Positions 1 to 12,218 are shown, counted from the first letter of the stretch. The stretch: 64,000 nucleotides of DNA from a virus (IMGVR_UViG_3300027793_000078:1-64000), one strand, 5' to 3'. The notes: generated by a model not told the origin, from the letters alone. Made by a program: numbers and translations.

Positions 1-2990
1 GACAAAATTTCATTTTCAGAAAGACCCTTTGGGCCTTCAAAGCAAACATAAGAGGATGGGTGATCCAAAGTTACTTCATAGATAACTGTATTATCCATAA
101 TAAAATTTATCGATATGATCGACTAGACGGTAATATTCCTCAACAATTGAATTAATTAGTTGTTGCCGGTCGTCTTCGCTTATTGAGCTATTTTTAGCGG
201 ATTGCTCCAATCGTTGAGCAATCAAATCGAATGTTTGGTTTTCTCTTATACGCTGTGCAACTAAAAAAGGATTTTTTTGTGCCCGTTTAAGGAAAATTTC
301 TCTGTGTTTTGCTTTTTTCGACAAATCGGCAGGCATAAGGATTGTTTTTAAGTGCGTATTCTGTCAAATGATCGCCCCAACGTCTATGACATTTAGCACA
401 AGTATCTGGATTGTCTGGTTCAACTGGATCGCGTTTATTCATCATTTCGTTGTAGGAAAGCCATCTATCATTACCATTTAATGGATCGTATGGATTGCGA
501 TAGGGTTTCATATTGTCTGATATTTATTTTAGTTGCCGGGGACAATTTCTGCAAAGGTGTTCTTTTTTTTACTTAATAGTCTACCATTAAGGCGATTGAG
601 TTGTTTACGAGCTTCCCGCATGGTATTAAAAACATAGGCGGCATCTTTTGGGGCATCTTGACTATTCCAAAGGTAGTCGATTTTTGTGCTGAAATACCCA
701 CCGGTACTAAATTTAATTAGATATGTCATATTGACACGCAAATTTATTCAGAAAATTCTGAAAGAGACACAAATTCAGCGGCAACAATAAATACGTCTCC
801 AACACGATCAAATTCGCGTTCGATCCAATACACGGCAACAACAGGAAATACCAATTTATTTACCCAATCGTATAGTTGGGCAGTTTCAGCCGTATCATCG
901 GGAATGACATTGCCATTTTCGTCAATAGGCTCATTTTTATCATTATAGTCGTAACAATCGTGGATCAACTTCATTCCAACGGCTCGTTCAACGGCGGACT
1001 TGCCATCAAACTCATTGACAATTTGCCATGCCCATTGGCGATAGTCTGCAAGGTTCCGAATCAGTTTCTTTGTCATCGTGCTAGACAGCTTAGTGACTTT
1101 TTATAGATTGTCAACCCAATCTTACGGTATTGGAGTCGGTTGCCAAAATGCTAGGTGTTTTATTTTTATTGACACCATACTTGAACCCGTATCCGATTGC
1201 CCAAGCAAAGCGATTAATATCAAATTCAACTCTGATACTTTTTGGAAGCAAAGCAACAATATTGCCCAAAAGCAATCCATTTTTTGTTGACACTGCCACA
1301 CTGTCACCCAAATTCAAGATGTTTCCGCAAATATCTTTGTGAATATTCATTTATTTTGAAATAGTATTCAAGCCTCCAAATGCAACAGGAAGAGGAAAAA
1401 TGATATTAGTATTTTTAGCAACCCCGCAAACCTTTTCAAATCCAATTTTTTTGCTGTGTGTACCCTTTTTTCCTTTTTGATTATTGTGCTTGACTTTCAT
1501 AGCCGCACTGACATTTGCCTTGAATTGTTCAGACATTGGCTTTCGGTATTCTTTGCTAGGAGCAACTACTAATTTGTCCTGAACACAATAAGCAATGGTA
1601 AGCGGAATGTGCAAATTAACACCATCGTAATTACACAAATAATAAGTATTTGTTTTATTTGTGCATTCGATTATATTATTTTTTGCAATAAGAATTTTCT
1701 TTTTCTTATTATAATATTCTACTAAAAATTGAATTTTCATAATTCAATTAAAATAGTCATTGTATCTGATAATTTTACTTTCGATCAGATTTATACATGA
1801 AATAATAAAATGCAATGATTGCAACTACAATCAAGGCAGTTTCAATTACGCTTTTGGCGTTGTTATCAATAGTAATATTCATTTTTTTGGTAGGGATAGA
1901 AGTTTGCCGAGAATTACAACTGGCAAAATAATAAACCATGGAATCAGGAGAATGAAATAATCAGCTCTATTTTTAATAATATCTGATGAAAGAAAAACAA
2001 TATTAAGAACGATCAGTTGCAATGCGTATAGTATCGCCGAAAATAAAACTATAAATTCAATAATTACCATGGTGTTGCTTTTTCTTTTCATTTTTCGTTC
2101 GCTTTGCGAACGGCCATGTATCGCTCGACATTGTGTAAGTATATTTACTACCATTGCCGAAGAAAAACGTGCCGGCAATCGCTGAATAACCCCATTTAGG
2201 AGAAAGTGATTTATCGATTCTTTCCAAATCGGCAGCTTTGTCCCATTTCTTACCGATAGTATATTCCTCGGAAATTAAAATACCATTTGCGTATTTCGCT
2301 CCCGTTTTCTGTGGCTTTTGCAGTTCACGATTGAGATAATACTGTCCTAATGCAATGGTCATGCCAACTGGCAATCTAACAAGTTTTTCATTCATGGTGA
2401 AAATACAATATCAGTCGATTTCGCCCGTGTCAACAAATTTTTGGAGAATCGGAAGCAATGCCGCAACTTGTTCGCGGCTCAAGTGCATACGATTATTGGC
2501 AATAATGTCTTGAAAACCAAATTTTTCTTTGATTTGATCGTCGGTTACGTCTCGCCAAGATGGATTGCCATGAGGAATAAATCCTTTTAATCCAATATTT
2601 TTGCTGCCCAACCAAATGCAATCTTGCATTGTGCTGCTACTTTTTTGAATATTGCATACGTCACCGTTCACTTCGGTAAATTCGTAATATGCAAATCCTC
2701 TGCCTGTATGTTTAAGTTCCATAAAATTATTGATTCAATAGTATTTTTAGTAATCTTTTACTATTGAAAGAAACGATTGAATCAAAATTCCTGCTCCCGC
2801 AGCTACAACCCAACAAATCAAAGCGCATGGTGCCCATACGGAAAAGTAGCACAAACACTGAAAAACTGTATTTGGCTCATACGGAACCAGTTCATTTCCA
2901 AAAAACGGGACGAATACGAAAAAAATGAGAATTGAAAGAAGAGGCGGAATTGATAGAAGACAAAGTATCTTTATGAGATATTTCATATTA

Positions 2991-3221
2991 TTATCGCTTG
3001 TATCGTTTGAAGTGATCCGGATATTTTGCTAATATTGCTGCTTCAACTGTTTTGCTTGCGGCACTGTCAAATAGTATTTCCCCGCATCGGTCGCAACGTT
3101 CGACAGCCAAATTGTCTATTTTGATAGTGTCGCTGTTGCTTAATGTAACTTTGTGTGTTATTGTTGCCTTTCTCACGGTGCCGTCGCAATTAATTTCAAA
3201 GCATTTTAAATCATCAGTCAT
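2991..3221 (-). CDS. YgiT/MqsA-type zinc-finger small protein
   Basis: CxxxxC...IKIDNLAVERCDRCGEILFD pattern. Confidence 0.55.
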   Translation of the reverse strand: MTDDLKCFEINCDGTVRKATITHKVTLSNSDTIKIDNLAVERCDRCGEILFDSAASKTVEAAILAKYPDHFKRYKR

Positions 3222-3750
3222 AACAAAATATTACTTATCTGAAAATTTAAGCAGTGCCGCCAAACATATAATCGGCCAAAACAGAAATGCTGCTATCATG
3301 TATAGCAAAATTACAATAAAATTAGGCGATCCGTTTTTTTCAGGAAAAAGGTATTTGAAAAATAGAATGGCAACCAATCCACCAATAAAAAAATAAATAG
3401 ACATAAATTTATCAATCCCAAGGTTCAATGGCGATAGTTTCCATTGCCGCCGCTTCTTCTTTAGCCTCTTGAGCAAGCAAATTCAAAAGAAATTCAACAA
3501 TTTCGTTGTATTCAGCCGGTTGAGTAACAGCGCAAGGAATAGGAATTTCGTTGCGGTTGGCATCCTTAATAAAAAGAATATTAATTTCTTCTTTTTCTTC
3601 GGGTTGGTTGCCAGTGTAAGGAAAAAACGGCCAATACTCAAATTTGAACAGAGTCAATTTCCCATTAAACTCAACATAGCGTTCCAATGTGCGTTTCATT
3701 GGTGATACTTTAGCAGAGCAACATAGAACGTCAACACTTTTTTATAGAAA

Positions 3751-3836
3751 TGGTGAGTGCCGTTGCCAGCCTGCCGATCTTTCTCCTTCGGTGGCATAAA
3801 AGGTTCGGAAAAGATTAAAACACCTAACGGCACTCA
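3751..3836 (-). ncRNA. Small rod-like structured RNA ending in ACCA
   Basis: Minus strand GAGTGCCGTT...AACGGCACTC-ACCA; inner stem ATCTTTTCC/GGAGAAAGAT; TACTTAT motif just upstream; intergenic. Confidence 0.5.
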
Positions 3837-3915
3837 GTCAATAAGTATTTTACAGAAAAAAAAAGAGAATTGTTTTTTAGACAATTCTCTTGCTATTCAA
3901 ATTGTAATTAACAAT

Positions 3916-4215
3916 TTAGTACCTACGAATAGTCCAACCTTTGAAGTCGTCGCCGGTTACAACGCCATGAACTGTATTGCCAGCCGAATTGACTGCACTA
4001 AATCCAACTTTGTAAAAATCGTCATTGCTACCGGCAAACGGCTCGTATCCTTCAATAACGATATTACTATATCCCTCTTGCTCCAAAAGTTGGATTACTT
4101 TTTCGTTGCTGTTTCCAATGCCGCCATGAAAGATGCTGGCAACAATAGCAACGATGATGGCAATGATTGCCAGCACAACCAGCAACTCAATAATAGTGAA
4201 TGCGTTTTTCTTCAT
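3916..4215 (-). CDS. Prepilin-type N-terminal cleavage/methylation domain protein (pilin-like)
   Basis: MKKNAFTIIELLVVLAIIAIIVAI class III signal peptide motif. Confidence 0.75.
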   Translation of the reverse strand: MKKNAFTIIELLVVLAIIAIIVAIVASIFHGGIGNSNEKVIQLLEQEGYSNIVIEGYEPFAGSNDDFYKVGFSAVNSAGNTVHGVVTGDDFKGWTIRRY

Positions 4216-5976
4216 ATAATTACTGTTTAATTTTACTGACCGGCATGAAAACTCATTGGTTTGGCAAGCAAAATACGACCATCTGAGTTTACTTCAATTT
4301 CAATATTGTCTTTTCCGATATAACCATTTTCGTAAGGATCGTTTTCGGTCAGAATTTCTTCTTTCTGTTCTTCGGTCAATTCTACCTTGACATCTTGCCA
4401 CTTGCCATTTACATTTTTAAATTCTTTTGCTTTAGGATGATCGGCAAGCAATTCTTCAAAGTTGTTGTAAACATACATTGTATGTCCACCGTCTCCATTA
4501 TCTTGCAAACGGGTAACAACAGGAATCGTATATTTTCCGGGCTTGAGAGTCATATTTAAGATTATACAGAGAATTAGCGGTTTTAAAGGATAACCGCAAA
4601 CCCCCAAGTTGAATTCAGTAAACCGACTGGTTGAAATACTTCTCAACACGCGGAATAAAACTATTGGTAATTTCCTTCATAACCTTATGAGGAATCTGTT
4701 CCGGAGGACGAACATTCTTCATGCGATCCGCCGCACGGCGAATGCCTTCGGCCTTGTCAAACTTATCGCTTCGCGTATGGGTATAACTCCACCCAATCCG
4801 AATGATACCATTAATCAGCCCGGCAACCAGAACACCGCGAGGCATTCCCTTTTCGCGGACCATGACAATTTTGCCCTTGGCATCCCGTGCAATCTTGCCA
4901 TCAGCAAGAATCTTGGGAACACGCTTGCCCTTTTCTCGGACCAACTGCATCAGTTGCGCCTCGCCGCTTCGGTAGTCAATCTTATTCATTTTTTTATGTC
5001 TATTGGTTTTAGTCTTCGTTCAGTCGAAACTGTTCGCGCAGATATTCACGGTATCCGCCCAAATTGTCAAGCTCTTCTTCAACTTCCACATCACCGGTTC
5101 GCAGAATTGCGTCTGCATCCTCATCATTTTTATTATTGATTTCCTTATCCATAATATTTGTTATTGTTTATTCAAAAAATCTTTAGGGAAAACGTCCACA
5201 GTTTTCTGAAACCTAATTGAAATTTCTGATTGACTATAATCTTCTTTGAGATGCAAATCGCCATCCACGAAGATTACCGGCGTGTCAAGCCGAAAACGCG
5301 AAGAACTTTCGTCATCAAATTCCAGAATGAGAAATTCAATTTCGGTGCCGTCTTCATCCTGTTCATTCTTGAAAACAAGGTCATTTTCAATCATCCAACT
5401 ACGACACACGCAATCACCGTCAACTGTAATTTGACTTACATGGTTGAGAATGCCGTTGTCAATCAGTTTTTGTAGAGTATCAGTCATATAATTTACTCGT
5501 CCACAATAGCCGCCTTGGTGAGAACGTCAATGTTTTTTCGTGCGATCCCGTCGATTTTTTCCTGCTTGGTTCGCTTGACACTGGCAACAATTTGCTTGAC
5601 AACCGCATCAGCAGTTGCTTTGCCGCCGGGGCAATTAAAAATGAATTCAAAAGTAACGGATTCGGATTTTTTAATCACAAAGTGCCACTTGCGACTGTTA
5701 CGGTTGAAACTATAATTAACATTTTCCAGAGTGTAAGTTTTCATGTGTGCGAGAATGGTGCAGTTTTTTTCTTCTGTCAACTACAATCTTTACCGCTGAT
5801 CCAAAAAACGAGGCACACAATCAAAAACCCAAAAATTGGCACCCAAATGTTGTGAGTTATGAGATAACTATAAAAATACATGGTGGATGTGTACCACACG
5901 ATCAACGCCGTGTCAAGCGGCATTTTTTCTAAAAAAAGTGCTTGTACTAGGGCAAATACCGTCTAAAGTGGTGTCC

Positions 5977-6621
5977 ATGAAATTGAAAGGCGCATTGTTG
6001 GAAGCGTGGAATGCGGTGGGTGGGTTGAGTCAACCAAGTAAAATGCCGTGCTACAGTTACAGTATTCCTGCCAATAAGTGTTTGGTTGGGGGCAAATTGA
6101 GAGCGGTGGAAGGAAGCGTTTGCCACAAGTGCTACGCATTCAAAGGGTTTTACGTATATCCGAATGCAAAAAATGCACTTGAAAAAAGATATTTGAGTTT
6201 GAGTGACCCGCAGTGGGTTGCAAACATGACATTGTTAATTGGAAGTTTGGAGCATAGTGGTTATTTCAGGTTCCATGATAGCGGAGATATTCAGAATATT
6301 AGTCATTTTGACAATATCTGTCAAATCGCTCGAAACCTACCTAATATCAAATTTTGGCTACCAACGCGGGAGTATAGTATTATTTCCGAGTATGTCAAGA
6401 GCAAAAAAACTATTCCAACAAACTTGACGGTTAGGCTTAGTGCATATATGGTGGATGGACCGTTGCCGCTTGCATTGGCAAAACAACTTAATGTTGTTTC
6501 CAGTGGAGTTTCAACGAATGACAATTTTACTTGTCCGGCAAGCAATCAAGGCAATCATTGTTTGAATTGTCGATTGTGCTGGAACAAAACTGTTAAATCT
6601 GTAATTTACAGAAAACATTAA
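5977..6621 (+). CDS. GP88-like Cys-rich phage protein
   Basis: SKMPCYS, C..CYA, FRFHDSGD, FWLPTRE, RLSA, CPA...CLNCRLCW motifs; ATG at 5977 preferred. Confidence 0.7.
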   Translation: MKLKGALLEAWNAVGGLSQPSKMPCYSYSIPANKCLVGGKLRAVEGSVCHKCYAFKGFYVYPNAKNALEKRYLSLSDPQWVANMTLLIGSLEHSGYFRFHDSGDIQNISHFDNICQIARNLPNIKFWLPTREYSIISEYVKSKKTIPTNLTVRLSAYMVDGPLPLALAKQLNVVSSGVSTNDNFTCPASNQGNHCLNCRLCWNKTVKSVIYRKH

Positions 6622-6630
6622 TTATTTTTC

Positions 6631-8001
6631 ATGGAACTACTTGACCCGCAGAAACAACACGCCAAGTTTCTTTTGGATAGTTTATATTTGAATGGTGTTG
6701 CCGACGACCTTAGTGACACTGGCACTGGAAAAACATTTGTTGCTTGCTGGATTGCAAAACAAATGAATTGTCCCATTGTTATCATTTGCCCCAACAGCGT
6801 AAAAATGATGTGGCAAAAAACGCTGGCTAAATTCGGAATTAAAAATCCTCTAATTATCAATTACGAATTGCTGGTTCGTGGCAATACAGAGTATCTTAAT
6901 TATGATTTGACCAAGTTTCATCGGACTGCCAAGTGGTGGTTGAGCGAAGGAATCAAAGTTAATTTTAGACAAGATAGTTTGGTTATTTTGGATGAACAGC
7001 ACAAGGGACGGGGATTGAACAGTCTTACGTCTGATTTGCTTATTGTTCTAAAAAACCAAAAATATAAGATTCTTGGTATGAGTGCAACTGCCGCAACCAG
7101 TGTTGCGGACATGAAAGCCATTGGCTACAAGGCAAATCTGCACAACGGAGAAAATTATCATCAATGGTGTAACGATCACGGTGCCCGTGTAAATCGTTAC
7201 GGTGGAATTGATTGGGACGCCGATCAAACGCCTGCAAAGCAAGGCATGGCACGTATTCACCACAATCTATTTAATATTCAAAAGATTGCCAGTCGAATGC
7301 GACGTGCGGACTTTGGGCATCTTTTTCCAGAAAATCGTGTATTTGCTGAAGTCTTTGACATCGGCGCAAATACAAATAAACTAAATCAAGTTTATTCACG
7401 AATGGAATTGGAACTTGATTTGCTTGACAAACGTGCGGCTGATTATAGCCAACACGCATTTGCGATCATTATGAAGGCTCGGCGTCAAGCTGAAATTCTC
7501 AAAACTCCAACAGCGGTGGATTTCATCGAAGATATGTTTGACGAAGGAATCAGTCCTGTTATTTTTGTCAATTTCGATGACACTGTGCAATCACTGACTC
7601 GGTTGCTCAATAAGAAAAAGTTCAATGGAAAAATTGGCTATCTGGTTGGTGGTCAAGACGAAAACGTTCGCAATCGTTACATTGATGACTTTCAAGCTGA
7701 CAAGCTGCGAATTTTTATTGCAAATATTCAGGCTGGAAATATGGGTGTCAGTCTGCATGATTTGAATGGAAAATTTCCACGGCACAGCTTGTTGTTTCCT
7801 TGTTGGAGTGCCGTCAATATTATTCAAGCCATTGGTCGAATTTATCGTGCGCTTGGCAAAACTCCTTGCATTCAACGGTTTTTTTATGCTAACGTGCCCG
7901 TCGAAGTTCGCATGGCAAGTCGAATCGGCAATCGTGTAAATAATTTGGATTGCTTGAACGATGGCGACGTAAATATGGAATATCAATTTCTGGCACAATG
8001 A
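6631..8001 (+). CDS. Superfamily 2 helicase (SNF2/DEAD-like)
   Basis: TGTGKT Walker A, LDEQH Walker B, SAT motif III, QAIGRIYR motif VI. Confidence 0.9.
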   Translation: MELLDPQKQHAKFLLDSLYLNGVADDLSDTGTGKTFVACWIAKQMNCPIVIICPNSVKMMWQKTLAKFGIKNPLIINYELLVRGNTEYLNYDLTKFHRTAKWWLSEGIKVNFRQDSLVILDEQHKGRGLNSLTSDLLIVLKNQKYKILGMSATAATSVADMKAIGYKANLHNGENYHQWCNDHGARVNRYGGIDWDADQTPAKQGMARIHHNLFNIQKIASRMRRADFGHLFPENRVFAEVFDIGANTNKLNQVYSRMELELDLLDKRAADYSQHAFAIIMKARRQAEILKTPTAVDFIEDMFDEGISPVIFVNFDDTVQSLTRLLNKKKFNGKIGYLVGGQDENVRNRYIDDFQADKLRIFIANIQAGNMGVSLHDLNGKFPRHSLLFPCWSAVNIIQAIGRIYRALGKTPCIQRFFYANVPVEVRMASRIGNRVNNLDCLNDGDVNMEYQFLAQ

Positions 8002-8435
8002 TTAAAATTCTCGCATATAAATATCCTAGTAGTGCGGATATTGCAATGCAACGCACGGTAAAACCGTTGCACCATTCTGTATTGCAACAGAATGTGCAAG
8101 AAACAATTAAAAAATTATTGTTTGCAGACAAACACAATTATTTATTGATTGGTCTCGGCGGCAAATTGTTTGTTTGTGAACGTGTAAATGACAACACACA
8201 AACATACAGTCGTCGTGAAATTGAATATCATCCAAATCAAGATGACGTTTTTTGAAACAAATAAAACTTTTATCACACTTTTACAAATCAACAATTTTTA
8301 TGTGAAGTGGTGGTACAATCAAATTGATTTAAATTTTGGCAAGATTATGTTTGCCAACAAGCGTTATGTGTGGTATGCTCACTTCTACAAGATAGAAATT
8401 GCATACGAGCAATTTCGTAATCAGTAATTTAATGT

Positions 8436-8512
8436 GGCCTCGTAGCTCAAATGGCTAGAGCATTCCGTTTCTACCGGACTGGTTGGGGGTTCAAATCCCT
8501 CCGGGGCTACCA
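8436..8512 (+). tRNA. tRNA-Arg(TCT)
   Basis: GGCCTCG/CGGGGCT acceptor, GCTC/GAGC D stem, TCCG-TTTCTAC-CGGA anticodon arm, GGGGG-TTCAAAT-CCCTC T arm, ACCA. Confidence 0.9.
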
Positions 8513-8712
8513 AAAAAATAAAATATGAGAACACCAATACGTGATAATCGCAGTCGTCCAATCGGTTATATTGATAACAATAGCCGATTGTTTGATAAAA
8601 CAGGTGGCAAATTGCTTGCCACCTACAACAAAGCAACCAATAGCACATATGGTGCCAACGGTAATTTGATAGGAAAAGGTAATTTACTTTTAACCAAAAT
8701 CAAATAAAAAAG

Positions 8713-8742
8713 AAATCCCCGGTTGTTAGCCGGGGATTTTTT
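8713..8742. terminator. Bidirectional intrinsic terminator between convergent genes
   Basis: AAATCCCCGG-ttgttag-CCGGGGATTT flanked by A and T runs. Confidence 0.85.
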
Positions 8743-9361
8743 ATGCTGCAAAACTGTCAGTGTCGTCTTCCTTATCCAGCTTTATCAAATTATCATACAC
8801 GTCTGTGAGATTCATCATTTTTCCGAATTCAAATACATTTTTTAGTTTTACTTGAACGTGTGTATCGGAATTAAGAAAATCGGCTGGTGCTTGGGAGAAG
8901 ATATAAAGATCATCTGCCAATATTTTTGCCATTTCCAATGATGGAGCCATGGAAATACCCATACTCAATCCACCAACCATAAGCAATCTTTGTTTATCTG
9001 TCCATTTGAATTTTGTTTGCATAACGGTTAATTGGTAAAATGAGTAACCAACTTGTAAATTGCCCAAATGATTGCGACCGGCAAACAAAAAATGCCGATG
9101 ATGTAAAGTAGAATCATTGCAACAAATGATCCAACGGCACCGCCCATAAGCAATACAGCGAACCAATCTTTGATTTTATTTTTAATACGTTTCATAAATT
9201 TTAATTGCCTCCCAACAGTTGACCAACTTCCCAATGCTCCAATGGTTCGCCGTTAAACAACAGATAATTGCTGTGAGTTTGAGTCTGCTTGTCAAGTAGA
9301 CAAACAATAACACTTTTGAGTTTGAGAGTATCCCAAATTAGTTTATACGGATTAGAATCAT

Positions 9362-9712
9362 TCATTGCACACCCAATTCCTGTTCAATTTTTTCGGTTCG
9401 TCCCATCCAAGGTTGGGCTTTGATATTCATAAACCAATCTTGCATAGAAGGAATGCGTCCCAAATCCTCTTTTACGTGCTGTTCTGCAACGTAGCGAGTC
9501 GGCAAAACATTGCCATTGCTGAGTGTGATAGTAACACCAAAAATGCGTTCACACAAGAAAATTCCTTCGGCATGATGCCTCAATGCACGATGGCGAAAAT
9601 CGCCCATCATCATTTTGCTTTCATCGAACCAATTATGAATTGGAAGATAATCTTCAACCTTGCCGCCCCACTTTTTGACGCTGCTCAACGCATGATTATA
9701 TGGATGACTCAT
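9362..9712 (-). CDS. DUF6915-like His-rich protein
   Basis: HPYNHALSSVKKWGG..DY..IH.WFD.SK...HRALRHH...EQHVKEDLGRIPS pattern; homolog at 50447. Confidence 0.65.
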   Translation of the reverse strand: MSHPYNHALSSVKKWGGKVEDYLPIHNWFDESKMMMGDFRHRALRHHAEGIFLCERIFGVTITLSNGNVLPTRYVAEQHVKEDLGRIPSMQDWFMNIKAQPWMGRTEKIEQELGVQ

Positions 9713-10141
9713 ATTGTGGCGTTCAGCTTAGGCTCAATTTTCCTGACAGTCAACACCCGTTTTGAGATATTTTGTGATGCGACGTTCCCATTCTTCGATT
9801 GAAATTGCTTTTTTGTAATCGGTTGCCGCTTCTAATTTCAGAAAATCACAGGTTTCGCTAGTGGCACAGCTTTTAAATCCAAACCATTGAACGATGCAGC
9901 AACTCAAAATAAAAGCCGTGGTTTCAATGCCGCCAGCAACATAAGGTAGTTTATCATTATCGTTTGGAAGTGAGGAGTTCCATTCAATTCCATAATGGCA
10001 AATTTCAGCAAGCAAATTGATTTTTCGCTTCACTTCCAAACTATCAAAGTTCAAATTCATGGTATGAAATTAGGTTATTGTTTGTTGGTTGTCAACTTCT
10101 TTTTACGAAAAATAAGGTCAGTTCAATTTATTCTGCTTAAT

Positions 10142-10892
10142 TCAGCGATAAATTTGCCGCAAAAACTCATTTGCTTTTGCAACAATTTCTGCGTCATTTG
10201 TTTTTCCTAGAACTTGGTTTCCGTCAATTCTTCCAACAAAAATCACAGTATTGTCTTTTTCAAAACTAATGTCAAGACGATGATTTTTTCCATGAAAGAA
10301 TTCCATAGCTATTGCGCCATCATGTTCGGGATAAGGATCGGGGCGAGTTTCTGTATTAATATCAAATACAGAATTTAGATTTTTTACGAATTCTTTTGCA
10401 CGGCGGCAAACATCCAAAGAAATTGGAATTTCTCCTTCGTTTCCCCAATTAGGGAATGATGATTCATTACAAATTTGATCGATTTGTTCCAATAATTCTC
10501 TAGTTATTTCAACTGCCATATAAAATTATTCGTTCTTCCTTGACGGCTTACAGAATAGATTCTTCCTATTCTGGATAATCGGAATGATCCGCGTGGAAGT
10601 CCGTCAATCGCTCCATTATTTTTTCTGCCCAATCGTTCAAATTTTTATCAATAGCCTTTTCGATCAAATCGATTTCTTCTGCCGTAAATCCGTTTTTATC
10701 CCATTCAGTCTCGTCAATTACAGCATAATCAACACCTTTGTCAATTCCTTTGCTGCCCCAATATTCGTAAGGCCCAATGCCATCATTGTCAATGCTGAAT
10801 TTGCATTTTACTTCAATTTCAGCATAATATACATCTGTGTTCTCATTTCCAACAACCGGCAGTTCAACTTTAATGGTAAAAGTTTCAGTCAC
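10142..10892 (-). CDS. Two hypothetical acidic proteins (10142-10519, 10566-10892)
   Basis: Intact ORFs co-oriented with neighbours; no family recognised. Confidence 0.6.
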
Positions 10893-10922
10893 GCAAATAG
10901 TCTATTGTTGGAAATGAAAAAG

Positions 10923-11426
10923 TCAAGCGGTTTTTGTAGGATTTCCTGCAAACCTTTTTATTTGTCCCTTGGCGAGACTAAAATCAAATTCAAAATTACT
11001 TGTTTCAACGCTTGTAACACGCTCATTGTATTCCAAATTAATTTTTCCGGTGGCAACGTCAATGGTAAAGGTGCCGAAGCTGCCTTCGTTAATTTCCCAT
11101 CCATCGTGGGATGTTTCCAACGTATTATAACAAATATGTTCAATCACTTCCTCAAGATTCGATTCACGAATTTCGGTAACTGGTTCCACAGTACCGTCTG
11201 GATTGTATTGACGACCGATAATAAATTTAACTTTACCAACCTTGATTGCCTTCAAGTCAACGTCGCTGCCGTCTTCGCTAATACAGGTAATACTGTCAAT
11301 TTGACCACTGTCACCACAGCCGTCAAAAGTAACTTCAATTTTTTCGATACCGAGTAGCTTAATCGCATTAGCAATGGCGGACGAATCGTTTGTAGACGTA
11401 ATGTTATTATTATTTTCAGTGTTCAT
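10923..11426 (-). CDS. DUF6878-like acidic protein
   Basis: IEVTFDGCGDSGQID and GWEINEGSFGTFTID motifs. Confidence 0.6.
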   Translation of the reverse strand: MNTENNNNITSTNDSSAIANAIKLLGIEKIEVTFDGCGDSGQIDSITCISEDGSDVDLKAIKVGKVKFIIGRQYNPDGTVEPVTEIRESNLEEVIEHICYNTLETSHDGWEINEGSFGTFTIDVATGKINLEYNERVTSVETSNFEFDFSLAKGQIKRFAGNPTKTA

Positions 11427-11477
11427 AGTTGACGGTGATAGAATATTTGTTCCCTCACCCTATGTCAACAAAAGAAT

Positions 11478-11506
11478 GCGCCGGAAGGAAATTTTCCTTC
11501 CGGCGC
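11478..11506 (-). terminator. Intrinsic terminator after the Lys/Ala-rich gene
   Basis: Perfect 13-bp GCGCCGGAAGGAA/TTCCTTCCGGCGC hairpin followed by ATTCTTTT on the minus strand. Confidence 0.75.
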
Positions 11507-11540
11507 GAAACCTACTCAAAGAAACATTTGTTTCGTTGAC

Positions 11541-12218
11541 TTAGGCCGTAACCGCATCAGTGGCGGCAGGAATTTCGACGGCAGGCGCCGGATCAACCGG
11601 AGCCGCAACATCGGCAACCGGAACCGTCACGGCATTGGACTTGGACTTCTTGGCAGACTTGGCCTTGCCGGTCTTGCCCTTGCCCTTGCCCTTGCCAACC
11701 TTGGTGGTCTTGGTCGCCTTGGTCTTGGCCTTGGTCTTGGCCTTGGTCGCCGTGGCCTTGGCGGGAGCAACACCGTCGTCAAACGTGTAGCTCACACTGT
11801 CCTTGGCAATGCGCTTGTGAGTCGCACGGTGCGAGTGCGTGTTATACTTGACACCCTCGCCGTGGACCGCAACATCATACTCCATGCCAACCGGCACATA
11901 AACGACCTTGCGCTCACCCTTGCCGTCCTTAGCAGGACGACCGCGCCCAACAGGCTCGCCGTTCAGCAAGATGACACGCCGCGCCCAATACGTGGTGCCA
12001 CGGGGAGTATACTCACGCTTCTCGCCGTTGCGCTGGCGAGCAGCCTTACCCGGAGTCTCGGCAACCGGAGCGGTGGTTTGGGTCTCGGTCTCGGTGGCAG
12101 CAGTGACATCGGTTCCGCCGAGAATGTCGGCGGCAACGGTCGCAACCGAATGCTCAACAGCGGAAACGGTCTCGGTGGCAGTGGCAACGGCAGTGGTAAC
12201 TTCAGTGTTCTCAGTCAT
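11541..12218 (-). CDS. Lys/Ala/Thr-rich putative DNA-binding (histone H1/AT-hook-like) protein, GC-rich gene
   Basis: PVGRGRPAK AT-hook-like motif; TKAKTKAKTKATKTTKVGKGKGKGK tail; codons strongly C/G-ending. Confidence 0.6.
   Translation of the reverse strand: MTENTEVTTAVATATETVSAVEHSVATVAADILGGTDVTAATETETQTTAPVAETPGKAARQRNGEKREYTPRGTTYWARRVILLNGEPVGRGRPAKDGKGERKVVYVPVGMEYDVAVHGEGVKYNTHSHRATHKRIAKDSVSYTFDDGVAPAKATATKAKTKAKTKATKTTKVGKGKGKGKTGKAKSAKKSKSNAVTVPVADVAAPVDPAPAVEIPAATDAVTA

Larger units (their letters stand above)
91..5744 (-). other. Array of short, tightly packed minus-strand hypothetical phage early genes (e.g. 287-511, 529-741, 744-1076, 1111-1350, 1351-1740, 2057-2395, 2411-2722, 2747-2986, 3412-3699, 4233-4553, 4615-4989, 5161-5487)
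   Basis: Abutting co-oriented 70-140 aa ORFs with A-rich upstream regions and TTGACN-type promoters; no recognisable domains in most. Confidence 0.75.

Noticed and set aside
8436-8512. Amber suppressor (CTA) reading of this tRNA and a recoded genome
   Set aside because: The TCCG/CGGA stem fixes the loop as TTTCTAC, anticodon TCT; conserved genes are full length in the standard code.
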